A DNA stretch of 64,000 nucleotides from Blepharisma stoltei ATCC 30299 (Eukaryota > Protista > Ciliophora), in contig CBFDEM010000011.1 in assembly GCA_965603825.1 (NCBI GenBank), positions 1,054,001 to 1,118,000 on the forward strand. Direction: 5' to 3'. Each line of letters opens with the position of its first letter. Position 1 is the first letter of the stretch. Below the pieces are notes generated by a model. It worked only from the letters and a program-made list of their open reading frames with translations. It ran no database searches and was not told the origin of the DNA. A program made the translations under genes and the position numbers. Shown in pieces: positions 48,298 to 60,944 of the stretch.

Positions 48298-48523
48298 TTT
48301 ATATTAAATAAATTTGATATCTCATTAATCCTCAATTAAATTGTATTTTTATGAATTTGCAATAATAATTCTCCTTATTTTACAGCTAACAATACTTCTT
48401 TTTATTATCTGCTAAATATTATATAAAATTATCAATAAATCAATCTGAGCTCATCAAATATAGCCAAACCAGCTTAATTTAATTGAAAATCTATTCCTAT
48501 AAAATCAATTCATATTTGAAAAT

Positions 48524-49084
48524 ATGGATGAAGTGATCAAAGATCGTCTTCACGCTGAACAAATTTTAAAGCGGCACGGTGTACAAGTCGGAGCAAAAGC
48601 TGCAGGCGAACTCATGATGCATAGCGCTAGACTCGGCCTTCGCAATATTTTAGAGTTTTTCGGAAGAACAGTCCAAGTTGACTATAAAAATAAATTCCAC
48701 GATACTTTATTACATTATGCAGCCCGAGGTGGGAATATAGATATTGTGAGGCAGCTAATTGAATTAGGTGTAAGCCCACTAGCGAGAAATTTATTTAATG
48801 AAACTCCTCTGTTTTATGCTGCAGAAGAAGGCCACGTTGACGTTGTCGAAGTTTTAAGTGAGTATGGAGGAATTGATTACCAAGACAAATTTGGTGACAC
48901 TGCTTTGCATTTTGCAGCTAGAGAAGGAAATGAAGCAATTTGTGTGATTTTGCTGAGAAAGGCTAGAAATGTAGTAAATATTGCGAATGATAATAATCAG
49001 ACAGCACTATCTTATGCGCTAGAGCAAGGGTATTTAGACGTTGCGAAAACTATAGAGAGATATGGAGGAAGAGTTAATGCATAA
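48524..49084 (+). CDS. Ankyrin repeat protein
   Basis: TLLHYAARGG, TPLFYAAEEG, TALHFAAREG, TALSYA repeats. Confidence 0.95.
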   Translation: MDEVIKDRLHAEQILKRHGVQVGAKAAGELMMHSARLGLRNILEFFGRTVQVDYKNKFHDTLLHYAARGGNIDIVRQLIELGVSPLARNLFNETPLFYAAEEGHVDVVEVLSEYGGIDYQDKFGDTALHFAAREGNEAICVILLRKARNVVNIANDNNQTALSYALEQGYLDVAKTIERYGGRVNA

Positions 49085-49367
49085 TGAAACATTATTTATC
49101 TTATAAAACAGCAATTTAAACCAAAAATAACAAATTTTTTATATAATAAAATTTTCTGATAAGATTCTTATGGACAGCTTATTCTTTCTTCCATTTTGAA
49201 TCCGCATTATTTAAATTTTCTTTATAAATTCTTATTTTTCTAACACCTCGAATTTTTTAATATAAATTTTATTAATTCTTTTTCATTTAACACCCCACCT
49301 ACCTAAAACACATAAATCAGGTCTTTTCGCTATATAATAAATTCTCCCCGCCATTTATTATCTAATA

Positions 49368-51167
49368 ATGAATTTGAACAGTCCTCCCTCTGATAGTGAT
49401 ATCCCTGAAACATTTGGCAGCTCTGCCATGCGCAGTCATCAGCGCCGTGAAAACCGCCGAACTATCCAATCAGCCCAACTTGATACTTCAGAAGCTTTAG
49501 ACCGGTTCACCAAGGTTGTAGAAATGCTACATACAAATAAAGTGAACAAAAGCAATGCATTTGAATTAAGGATCATGGACTATATTTCTGAAGTATTTAA
49601 AGGTGTTGAAGCCCAGTCCAAAGATACTGAATTTGTATGGCAAAAATATTCTACTGGGATTGATTCTTGTGCAAAAATTTATGGGTATTGTGTTGATTTT
49701 ATACACTCAGAAACCTTTAGGGTCTTAGGAGGGCTCAATCGAACACATGCCCCAGAAGAAGAGGAAAATGACGAAAATAATGAAAATCAAGATGAAAATG
49801 TTGAAGATAAACCCAAAAAGAAAAAGAAATGTCCAGGTGGGTCATCAACGCTAGAGAGAAGTGCTGATGCTATTAATACCACGAAATTTGAAAAATCTGA
49901 TGACTTTGACCCTTATTTTAGACTCATGTCAGCAAGATTTGACGCCTCAAGTGCTGAAGGTCTTCTTATCAACAATTTGTCCATAAATGGAGCAATTGAA
50001 CTGATTTTAGGAGACGATGATAGACTTGATATCACTGAACCCCTCAACCAAGAGCCATATTTGAATTTAGAAGGATTTTTTAAGAGTTCTTATGAAGAAC
50101 TACTGGAAATGGATATAAGCCCTGAGCTTTCTGAATTTGAAAGAGTCAGACTCAATGGACAGCCAAGTGGAGCTGGCTTAGAAAAAATTTTAGAAAACAT
50201 GAACGCTGAGTACGATCTTTTTGAAGCTTCAGGCTCAGAAGCGTCTTTACCTGAAGAAGGTCCACAAGAACAAATAGATCTTGCTGACCTCGCTGACTCA
50301 ATTTTTAAGAAAAAAGAGAGAGACATGTCAGAAGCTTTTCATTCAGATGTAAATACTGCTAATTTAATAGAAAGGCTCAATAATATTGAGCAACGTGACG
50401 ATTATCGCTATTTCTCCAACCCCAAACTCGGCACCTGGGCAGGTTTTGAATTTTGGAATCGCATCTCCAACCCTAACCCAAACAAGCCAAAATCTGAAAA
50501 AAAAATCCGCAAAAAAAAAGAGCCGACTGAGATAAACCTTGACTATACCACAATAGCCAATAAAGAAGAAGTTTTTGCACCTCCTAAGAGAGGATACCCA
50601 AATTTTTATAGTGACCAAGCCTTAAAAAAATGGGAAGAAAATTCTAATTCGATTCCTTATGACTATGGGTTTTCCCTTTTTAGGCTAACACAGCTATTTA
50701 CAAGGCCACAGACCCAGGTGAAGTACTTAAAGCAAGGCTTAGACTTTGAAAATGTGATTGTTGATAATGTGGATGTCCCGACTTCTGGAGAAGAAGGACA
50801 TGAAGCTGAAATTTTGTTTGCTGAAGAAATTGAGCCACTGCCAGGTGAAGATTATGCACAAAACTTGCAATTTGCGACGACATCGAAGACTATTGATATT
50901 AAGAGATTAAAAGAAACCATGTGGCATAAGCTGAACACGAAGACTAAAATGGATATCGATGATAAAGAAAATACAAGGGTTATTCATGATGAAAAAAATA
51001 ATACATTTTTGGGAGTTTTAAACGCCTTGCCTGGGACATTGCCACAACAAGAAGTGTCTAATTTGTCAGTGCACTCGTGCTTTATTTCCCTTTTACATCT
51101 TGCAAATGAGCATAATTTAAGACTTGAGGCGACTGACGAATGCGATTTTACTATTATGGAAAATTAA
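49368..51167 (+). CDS. NCAPH: Condensin complex subunit 2 (CAP-H/Barren kleisin)
   Basis: NKVNKSNAFELRIMDY, WQK...DSCAKIYGYCVD.IHSET..VLGGL, DPYF...SA.FD, IDIKRLK..MW, SVHSCFISLLHLANE. Confidence 0.93.
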   Translation: MNLNSPPSDSDIPETFGSSAMRSHQRRENRRTIQSAQLDTSEALDRFTKVVEMLHTNKVNKSNAFELRIMDYISEVFKGVEAQSKDTEFVWQKYSTGIDSCAKIYGYCVDFIHSETFRVLGGLNRTHAPEEEENDENNENQDENVEDKPKKKKKCPGGSSTLERSADAINTTKFEKSDDFDPYFRLMSARFDASSAEGLLINNLSINGAIELILGDDDRLDITEPLNQEPYLNLEGFFKSSYEELLEMDISPELSEFERVRLNGQPSGAGLEKILENMNAEYDLFEASGSEASLPEEGPQEQIDLADLADSIFKKKERDMSEAFHSDVNTANLIERLNNIEQRDDYRYFSNPKLGTWAGFEFWNRISNPNPNKPKSEKKIRKKKEPTEINLDYTTIANKEEVFAPPKRGYPNFYSDQALKKWEENSNSIPYDYGFSLFRLTQLFTRPQTQVKYLKQGLDFENVIVDNVDVPTSGEEGHEAEILFAEEIEPLPGEDYAQNLQFATTSKTIDIKRLKETMWHKLNTKTKMDIDDKENTRVIHDEKNNTFLGVLNALPGTLPQQEVSNLSVHSCFISLLHLANEHNLRLEATDECDFTIMEN

Positions 51168-51726
51168 GCAAACTAAATAATATATTTGGCTTAAATCTTA
51201 AAAGAATAACAATCTGCTCAGTTTTTCCTTATAAATGGGAATTTAGCTTTACCATTTATACAATATTTAATAAAAATATGTATTCCCTTTATAATATAGA
51301 CTATTTTTGCATATTAGTTCAATCTCAATCAAGTCGAAAATAATTATAATTAGGGGAAAGCAAATTAATATCTGTAGGATTTTGAAACTAATTTTCTTAT
51401 ATCCTAAGATGCCTTTCAAAGTTAAGGGCTATTAGAATCCTTCAAAATTTACAAAGGATAAATTAAGAACTCTTCAAGCCCTTAATGAAATATAAATTCT
51501 AAAAGAGTCAAGAATGGTCGACTTTTTTAAAATATGAAAACGTATAAGCCAATGATTTGTAAAAGCATAGCTAGCTGCCTAATATAGTATTAGCATTAGC
51601 AAGATCTTTAAAATTTTGAAAATTTCCTCAATTTACTTCTGTAATTTTACTTAAAATTGCATTAATTCCTAAGTTTCTGCCATTTTTCCGAGGATAAAAG
51701 GCTGTCGGTCGAACAAATAATCTAAA

Positions 51727-52782
51727 ATGGAAGGCTACTTCGCCCAAGGCTCAAACAGCCAAAAATCAAAAAAGACTGTATTCGCAGTCTTAGGTCTCCT
51801 AGCCGTTGTAGGAGTTGTTGCTACAGTTGCAGTTGCTTCTAGCTCTTCAGTATCGCCAGCATTAGCCCAATTTGTCATTGAAGAGCAAGAATTCAGAGAG
51901 TTTATGGATACTCACGGGAAATCATACTCATCCAACGAAGAATACCAAATGAGATTCAAAATTTTCCGTGACAACTCAGCCTACATCCGCATTTTCAACT
52001 CTTTCGGAAACTCCTGGGCTCTTGGTGTCAATAAATTCGCTGACATGAGCTTCCCAGAATTTAAAGCCAAATATCTCCCATACAAGTTCCCAGCCAAAGA
52101 AAACACCAATGTTGTCATGCTCGACGAGGTCTCAGTCCCAAGCGCAATTGATTGGACTACTAAAGGTGCAGTAACCGCTGTTAAAAATCAAGGACAGTGT
52201 GGAAGCTGTTGGTCTTTCTCCACAACTGGATCAGTTGAAGGTGCCTGGTTCCTTTCAGGCCATACTCTTGTATCCCTCTCAGAACAAGAGCTTGTAGACT
52301 GCTCAACATCTTATGGAAATCAGGGCTGCAATGGTGGACTTATGGATAATGCTTTTAAATATATCATTGCTAAAGGGATTACTTCAGAAGCGAACTACCC
52401 ATACACCGCTAAAGATGGTCTTTGCAACAAAGCTAAGGCTTCCCAAGTTAATGCTACCATTAGCAAATACACTGATGTCGCTAAGGACAATATTTCCCAA
52501 TTATTTGCAGCTGTTGCCCAACAACCAGTCTCTGTAGCTGTTGAAGCTAATCAAGATTCATGGCAACTTTATAAATCAGGAATTGTAACCAAGGACTGTG
52601 GAACTGCTTTGGATCATGGTGTTTTGATTGTAGGATACAACCAGACAAGCACTCCTCAATACTGGAAAGTCAAAAACTCTTGGGGTGCAGATTGGGGTGA
52701 GCAAGGGTTCATCAGAATTGCAGTCAAGGCAGGAGCTGGAATTTGTGGTATCAATATGCAACCATCATATCCTACAGTTTAA
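51727..52782 (+). CDS. Cathepsin L-like papain cysteine protease (intact triad)
   Basis: I29 propeptide, QGQCGSCWSF, LDHGV, KNSWG. Confidence 0.97.
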   Translation: MEGYFAQGSNSQKSKKTVFAVLGLLAVVGVVATVAVASSSSVSPALAQFVIEEQEFREFMDTHGKSYSSNEEYQMRFKIFRDNSAYIRIFNSFGNSWALGVNKFADMSFPEFKAKYLPYKFPAKENTNVVMLDEVSVPSAIDWTTKGAVTAVKNQGQCGSCWSFSTTGSVEGAWFLSGHTLVSLSEQELVDCSTSYGNQGCNGGLMDNAFKYIIAKGITSEANYPYTAKDGLCNKAKASQVNATISKYTDVAKDNISQLFAAVAQQPVSVAVEANQDSWQLYKSGIVTKDCGTALDHGVLIVGYNQTSTPQYWKVKNSWGADWGEQGFIRIAVKAGAGICGINMQPSYPTV

Positions 52783-53324
52783 GAATAACTAAAAAATTAT
52801 GATAAAATGACTAGTCTATTTATTTGATAATATGAATAAAATTACCAAATAAACCAAGATTTCTTGTGCATAAATTATAAGTCCTCTTTATCAAAGCTGT
52901 ATAAAATAAGTTTATTTTGATTTTAGTATTATTGTTTGACCATAATAAAAATCTTTCGAAAGAATAAAGCTACTATTACTTTTTCCCGTTAAGCAAACTT
53001 GAAAAAAATATCAAGTAGAAACTTATTGATTCAGAATCAGGCTTAGCAAGGTTTTTATAAAGATTTTTGATTGCTATCATTTGTAAAAACTCATAAATCA
53101 AAAATTTAAAAAATCGTTATTTTAAGATAGCCAAAGCTTCACTATAAGCCAGACATTAATATATGCTTAATTATATTCTCTTGATTCATATTAAGCTTAA
53201 TTCTAACCAAGTAAGTAGTTTTTTACTTCATTAAATAAATGTTTCAAAAAGCAGCTTTTGCTATATTATAGTTGTCAGATTCTCATTTCACATAAAATGG
53301 CAGCTTATATAAGCTGATAATAAA

Positions 53325-53828
53325 ATGTCTCAAGATCTCAAAGACTTCTTAGACAGAACCAAAAACCTAAGATCTTCATTTGCAAAAAGAGCCAATTTAA
53401 TAGCATCTAGTGCCACTGCTCCAATATCTGATAACAATTTTGACGAATTAGATGTACAAATAACCAAACAAATCGAAAAAGCTAACTGTTTAACCTTGAA
53501 TTATGACTCGTCAATTTTAGGCTACAAGCCACATACAAAATCAGCAAGCTCTAGAAGTAACTTGAAGCCATCTCAAGTCGAAAATTTTCGTCTCCAAAGG
53601 CTCGCTTTCTCTAGAAACCCTAAAGCTACAAGCACTGATATTTTTGAATTTTTAACACCTAGAACAGCTCAAAGTCCTATACATTTAAAGCTGCCGACGC
53701 TAAAAAATCCTTATTTGTCACAAACAACACCTATTATAAGGCTGAAGAAACCAAAAAAGATACATTTGATTGTGAATAAAGCATCGCCATCCTTAAAAAT
53801 CTCTAGATTAGAAAAAGCATACAGTTAA
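53325..53828 (+). CDS. Hypothetical basic protein
   Basis: Intact 167-aa ORF, ATG to TAA; no family recognised. Confidence 0.65.
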   Translation: MSQDLKDFLDRTKNLRSSFAKRANLIASSATAPISDNNFDELDVQITKQIEKANCLTLNYDSSILGYKPHTKSASSRSNLKPSQVENFRLQRLAFSRNPKATSTDIFEFLTPRTAQSPIHLKLPTLKNPYLSQTTPIIRLKKPKKIHLIVNKASPSLKISRLEKAYS

Positions 53829-54041
53829 AGAAATATAACATGATCAAGTATATTAATATAATTTTGTTATTGATCCTATGCTATAGAAGGATTTCTATAA
53901 TTTTTTCTTTTTTGTGTATTTTGGTTTTCTTGCAGTTAAATACAAATTGTCGAGCAATTTTACAAAATTTTCACTTAGGCTTGAAATTATTGCATATTTA
54001 AGTAAAATATTTTTATTATTTATTCCTATAAACTTTTTTCT

Positions 54042-56639
54042 CTAAAAAGGCCAGAATTTTTTCCCTTTTTTAAGTGCTTTTTGTTTTAGGTCAATTAAAT
54101 TCAAACTGTCGAGTAGTTTTAGCAGCCTCTCTCTCAAGCCGATGTTCATTTTATCCTTAGAATTTCCCTTGCAGGCTTTTCTAACTTGGTTCGTTATAAT
54201 TTCCAACACGTGCTTTGACTTGTTTACTAATTGATCTGAATATAGCCTGCTAGGCGAAATATTTTCATCAGGTTTAAACATCCAGTTTCTTACCTTTAAT
54301 TCAATCTGAGCTCCATTTTTTATAGAAACTTTTGCAAAAATTTGATGCACAGGCTGGACATCAATAAACTCAGGAATAATTAAGCCGTTATACGTAATAT
54401 AAATTTTATTTTGATGAGTCATCCCAATCCCTACAGTATCCCACGATCCATATCTAGGCCCTTTCATGACAGGCTTATCTTTTATTGTAACATTTCCATT
54501 TTTCCCACAGTAAAATACATCTAACCCTTCAAATCCAATAGAAATATTTTCATATTTTCCCGCTTTATGGACCCTTATTTCAAAATACGACACTGTCCCT
54601 ATTTCTAGTTCATTTCTTATAATTAAAGGTTTTGTTGTCATAATTGTTAGCTCAGAATCTGCATAGAAAATATTTTCTTTTTTTTCTTCATATAAGGTTC
54701 CTTTTGAGTCAATAAATTGGATACCACTATAATAGGTAGGTAGCTTAAATTGAGAAATGTCATTTGGAGCGAAATCATGGATTTCTTCACAGTTGCAACG
54801 ACTATGAGGACTTTGGTATAATAAGTAATTTTTCTTATGATCAATATGTTTAGGAGAATTCGAGCAGCTGACACATAAGGCTTGAGAACAAGTTAAACAG
54901 TTTACAAGCATTGGGTGCTTTCCTAGTAGCATTATAAACTCATTGTTAAAATGAGTGTTGCATTGTCCAATTAATTGAAAATATTGCAATGTCATAGGCA
55001 AGCACAGCAGTTCTTCCAGAATAAAAATTGATGCCTTTAAAATATCATAAGCACTGTCCGGCTGATTTTTTATGCCATTTATAATAGATTCTGCTAATAT
55101 TTCTAGCAGTGAGTCTTCTTTTTCAAGCTTAAAGTAATAAGGAACTTCAACAAGAGCTTGAATTACATTAAATTCAGGAAGTTCTGCGATTTTTTGACAA
55201 TTTGCTATAAATTCTATAGAATTCGGCCCAAAAAACGACATAGTTGACTTGATAAAATTTAAATCAATTCTGATGTTTTTTCTTGCCCCGCCCAGTGCAA
55301 AATCATTTAATCCGCTTTCCCAGACAATTTGAAGAGGGGTCAAAGTATTGGAATATGTAAACCTATTTATAAAATCATATAAAATATCACGATTTTCCAA
55401 TGATAACTTCATGGCTACGTCCAATATTTCTAGCACCCCAATTTCAATTAAATATTCATTATTTTCACCTGCTTTGTCTTGCAGAATCTTAAAAACCGCG
55501 TTCATAAGCTGTGAGGATTCTTTTCAATCGTATTTTATGCACCTTTGCAAGAAAATTGGTAATAATTTGTAGCTGTTTAAATAATAAGCAACTTCAGCAG
55601 AATGGTCGTCTTCATCAGAAATTAATAAAATTTTTTTTAGGCTGCGGAATCTAGCGTGAGGAGATTCAAAAAGGAGCCCTGAATGCAAGCCGTCAAGGTC
55701 TTTAAAAGTGCAATTATTTAATAAATTTCAGTCGTTCAGCCATAAGCCTTTCCATATTTGGATTATTTTGTTGTCAAAAGGCGCGTTGTCGATACCATTA
55801 AAAGAGCTGAATAATAAAGATTCTAATGCAGGGTCTTCAAATCGAATTTCTAAATTTTCATATTTTTCATTATTTTCAAGGTCTCTAAGAACTGGCAACT
55901 CTGATAAATCCTTGATGCCTGCTAAGGAATATAAGCATAATCCTAATCCTCATAGTTCTCCAGCTAAAGTTTTATTGATTTTCTCATCAGGGTAAATTTT
56001 ATCAAGTTTTGATTTTCCGCATTCCAATGAATGTTTAGTAGTTACCGAAATTTTGACACTATATGAATAATTTGATGTATAAATAACTGAGCGAGATTTT
56101 GTAGGCAGCTCTCTTATAACCAAAACCGAGTCAGGAAAAATGCTTTTAAGGCAGATATTTTGGCTCTGGGATGCCTGAATTATATCTAATAGATATAAAT
56201 ACAAATAAATCGATGCTTCTTTAGGCAAATAACTATAAATATTCTCAATTTTCATTATTTGTGATAACTCTTCTAATGAAAGACACTCAATAAACTCACT
56301 TACAATAATAAGTAATCATGAGTCTTCGTCATAAACCTCAAATAAATCTTGAACTTCCACAATTTTTCACGCTTCTTTAGACTTTTGGAGATTTTGGATT
56401 CACTGAAAATTCTCTTTTAAATGATCATAGCATTTGCAGTGGACAACTTTTATATGATGGCGATTACCTTCGAGGTCATTGCCAAGAAATGCGTTTGAGG
56501 AAGAAGAAAATTTGTGGGTGAGCTGGTATTCTTGCAGTGAGTAAGAGTTTGATAGGAGTATCGGCTGATCTAATGGAACTATTAGATTTGAGAAACGATA
56601 CTCTAGCATCTCAATTCACTTAGTGTCAAAATTTTCCAT
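54042..56639 (-). CDS. Pseudokinase-like + helical repeat + UBR-type zinc finger + SPRY domain protein (~865 aa)
   Basis: Single frame from ATG 56639 through multiple TGA=W. Kinase-like remnants IVSEFIECLSL, ICLKSIFPDSVLV, ELWGLGLCLYSL. CLTC..LCVSC...H..H...CNC. SPRY YFEIRV..ISIG..GPRYGSWDTVGIG..ITYNG. Confidence 0.8.
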
Positions 56640-56740
56640 TTAGTAACTTATTAACAAAAATCTATATTAGCATATTATAAATTCTTGAAAAAATATTAAT
56701 TATTTGTTGAGAAAGCTAAATGCCTATTAAAAATTTGTGT

Positions 56741-57577
56741 TTATTGCCAAATTTTATGATGACTGATTTTATCTTGGTTTTTAGGGGAGAGTTTTCCCCT
56801 TGGAAAGCTCCCTCTTCTTTTCAATGCATTTAGTGTTTTTTTGTTCTCCATATATAGATCGTCGCATTCTTTCATTATATCATTTAAAATTTGTAATTCA
56901 TCTGCCCTTTTAATTTCTTTATAACTCCTAGCAGTAAATTTCGGTGTATCTGATTTAAGAATTTCTGTTCTGGAAAGGCTAAATTTTGGTGAATTTGCTT
57001 GGATAAAAATTCGTAGAGCTGTATTATCGTCCATTTTCTTAGGATTTGCTGGGGTTGTTAATGAGGATTTTGCTGAAACTTCGGCTTTGTATCTTTTAAA
57101 TTTAATAACATTGGCTGCATCTTTCATATGCTCATATGACAGAAGCTCTTTTGTATTTTTTTCTCCTCAAAAATCAGATATAGTCAAGCTTTTTTTCCTT
57201 TCCATCCTTTTGCTGAATCCAATTATTTCTGGTTTGTAACCAACTTCTTGTGGTAGTCCTACACTTTCTAGAAGTGAAATTTCTTTTTTATATATTTTCT
57301 CTAGCCCTGAGTATGCTGTAGACTGTCTTTTTAGAGGCTTTTTAAGCGCATTTCCTAAATTTTCTTCATTATAGCATTTTGGGCTTGAAATTCCTGAATA
57401 TGTTTTAAAAATATTTGAGTCATCATAGTTTTCTTTTAAGTCTTTTAAACCTACTTTATTCCGGCATTTTAGCAAATTGAAATTCATCTCAGAATTTATG
57501 TTCTTTCTATGCAAATTTTTCTTCAAAGCAAGCTGATATGCCTTTTTTTGTAATTTCTGTTGTTGTGAATTTTCCAT
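56741..57577 (-). CDS. Hypothetical basic protein (~278 aa)
   Basis: ATG 57577 (MENSQQQ); ORFs are in frame across TGA 57167. Confidence 0.7.
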
Positions 57578-57644
57578 TTTAAAACAGTCGTTAAAAATAA
57601 TTTTAAAACTTATTAATTTTTCAATGAATTTTTTAATTACCAAG

Positions 57645-60600
57645 TTATGCAGCTTGTGATAGAAGTTTGACAAATACCTCTAATCTCTTTTCAAAGCTTC
57701 CTGCACAGTGCATATTTTTTTCTATTTGAATTGGATCATCTTGGCCGACAAGCTGGAACCAGTTAAAATTCAAGTTATTCCACAAAGCTTCCAAACCTTG
57801 AACTATAAGTGGCTGGCGTTCTGTACCCTGCGCAAATGTTAATTCTGGACAAATTTCTCTATAATAAACTTGGTTTAAGTTTATTAGCCCTAAAAGGATT
57901 CTATTAATAATACCTAAATTTTTAGCCTCACCTCTTAGAACCATCAGGAAAATGGTTTTGAGGAGTTTTTTAAGCGGCTCTGACTGAATCATTCTGAAGT
58001 TTAGCTTTATATCATAAGCAGGTGGTTCCTTTGGAAGACATAAATCTCTTACTATATTTTTCAGTGTCACAAGGGAAACTAATGCAATACTTTGATCAAG
58101 TGACTGTATTCCTTCATTTATGATATATAACAACTGTGCAGATTTATCATGTGGCAAAGAATAAAAAGCAAGCGCCCTAAGCTCAGCTGTACAGGTTATT
58201 AGCTGCAGCAGCTCAAACACAATTTTAAAGATTTTTACATAAGAAATCATATCTTCTATTGGAATGGTAACTATTGATAACAGAGCTAATTCTAACGTCT
58301 GTTTTATTGATAAATCTTTGGGTAAAGCTTTTAAGGAGATGCAGCCACTTGTGATGAGTCTAGTGAAAATTACTAAGGCCTGAGATATTGGTTTGTATTT
58401 ATCTGTGTATAAATCAGCTGGATTGGCAGAGTTAAGGATTAACGTAAAAAAAGAGATAATGTTTTTTTCGCAGTATTTGAATAAGGAAAATCCTTTATGA
58501 GAGTCTATATAAAAGTTACCTTTAAATGCAAAACTCAGCCTTTCTGTTCTATTAAAAGAAAGTTCTTTTAAAAACTTCAAAAATGGTATCGCAATTTCTC
58601 GCTTATCTCAGTTGCTACATATAAACACACTTAGTGGTTCTGAAAGCTTAGGATAAAACCAATCAAAAAACTTTGTCATATGGTCGGAATCTAAAGACCC
58701 CTCTAAGACTCCTCTAAGGTCATATAAGGCATTTTGCATCATGATGATATTATTAGTCTGTAAAGCAGTTTCTATACACAAACTAATAGGCGAAAAAAGC
58801 ACTTCAAAGCTCATAGACAATTTTACATTTGACATATAATAAAGTCTTGATATCGCCGTAATAAAATACCTGCGAGATTTATTTATAATCAGAGGATCCA
58901 TAAAAGTAAACCTATTTTGGCTATAAGTGCTGAGGATTTCTATAGCGTTATTGTCAGAAAATCCTATATTTCCGCATACTAAAAATGTTGAGTTTTCTAA
59001 AGGGTGGGTAATAAGTCGTGTTCCGTCAATTATGTCTGAGAACATTTCTAAGCAGACTTTATAGGTATTTTGTGTGGCTTCTTGCAAGTGTGTAAAAAGC
59101 TTGCCTAAAATGTGGCTTAAGACTAAGCTTTCGTTTTCTAGCTGAAGCTTGGAGGCTAAGGCTGTAAATGTACCGCTTACGTTAGATGAAACTTCTTTAT
59201 TGAAGTAAAGTTTAATAAATGACCGAAGGAAGGACAAGCAAGCTTTTACTAGTCCAGTAGATTTTAATGAAGGATTTACATCAATATAGCTCATCAACTG
59301 TAAAATATGATAGGCAAGATTCCCATTTATCATGTGTTCTTCATATGTAGTCTCCGACGCTTTTGGCCTTATAGTCCCATCTCTCTTTGGTGCTACAAAT
59401 TTTGAGTAAATTTTTTTATTTTCTATAATAATTACGCTCAATATATAAACCATAATTTCCAACTGCACCGCTGCTTCTTGATTTGTCAGTACAATCAAAG
59501 CTAATTCTTCAAATTTCATTATGATCCATGATGTTATGCCTTCAAAATCTGCCCTTGACAATGAACAAATCACTGATAGCTCAGCCAGAAGCATTTCTTC
59601 GTCGTCAACTCTATCGTCCTTAGTCAGCATTAAGGTAATATAAGATTTTGTAATTTCCACAATGCATTTTTTCAAATCCTCTGGGAATGTTTTTACTTCT
59701 GGGCATAAAAAATCCCAAAAAAGCAGTTGATAATGAATAATATTATCAGGGACATCAGTTTCTATAGAGTTTTTAGTGAAATAAAAAATTTTGCCTAGAA
59801 ACTCTAACAAATTCATATGGTTTTTTACGTCAAAAAGTGCTTTACTGCTTGTTAGTTTAGCTACAAGTCTGACAAATTCATAAAGGATAGTTTCATCGTC
59901 AAGCCCAATTTTGCCTTGCAAAATTTCTCTGATTCCTTGGACTATTTGTATGATAATTGAAATTCTTATGTCTTGGGAAGTGAAAAAGTTTTTATTTATT
60001 GATAGGTATAACGCCTGGAATTTTAAGCAGTTTTGAGCAGCCTCTTTGTTAGAAAGCCTGAGCATGTATTGGTAAAGCTCAAAAATCTGCCTAGAAGTAT
60101 CAATAGACTGCAAGGTGCCCCAGCCAGGATTTTGTGAGGGCGAAATTTCGAAAAAATCTGTATTTTCTGCATCATTTTGTCCGAATTCTAATATATTGAC
60201 AAGGATTTTTAAAAATAAAAGGATAATCCCAGATTTATCAGACTCTGAATAGCTTTCGCTAAGAGTTAAAGCCAGAGCACTTGTGCAGCTACCAAAGAGT
60301 GCTGGGAGAGAGTCCTGCTGGAACTGCTTGGCATTTCTCTTATGCTGTGTTAAAGCATTTTCAGAGCTTGGGCTCATATCTTCGATTAGAGTGTCTATAA
60401 GCTGTAAGCCGATACATATATAGACTGGGGACTGTGTAAGAAACTCTAGGGCATAAGTCGGAAGCTTCGTGAATTCTGTGCTATCATTCCATGATTGTCT
60501 AGCAATCCTACATAAAAGTCTTAATAATGATAATAAAACCATATTTCCTGCTTTGTATATATCTTCCCCTTTACTTACTAAATTTGATAAGATATGCTTG

Positions 60601-60866
60601 TATAAGCTCAGCCGACACTCGTGACTGAATAAGCTCCACTTTCTGTATAAAAATTACTTTGTAATAAGATTGAAAAGAACTTGGGAGGCAAGATACACAG
60701 ACTGGTGAGAGGTATCTTGGAGTAATACATAGCTAGAAAGCTGAAGTCCAATAGGATTGTATACAAGTTCTTGGAAATAGGCGTGCGCTGGTAGCTGCTC
60801 TTCTGTGTTTGAGCTGAAAAAGCAAGAACTTTGCCTTAGAAATTCGCTGACTAAATTTTCGTCCAT
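57645..60866 (-). CDS. XPO7: Exportin-7/RanBP16-like karyopherin (~1068 aa); intron 60643-60657
   Basis: RLLCRIARQSW, HKRNAKQFQQDSL, EFVRLVAKL, KFLKELSFNRTERLSF, YK.IS motifs; joined via the intron and TGA 58608. Confidence 0.85.
60643..60657 (-). other. 15-nt intron GTAATTTTTATACAG
   Basis: GT..AG, A at position 10, removes in-frame TAA. Confidence 0.88.
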
Positions 60867-60944
60867 TTATTATAGATTTGGGGGTTTTGATTGAAATTTC
60901 TGTTAATAATTAATTGAATTTTCATGATAATATGTTATTTATCC

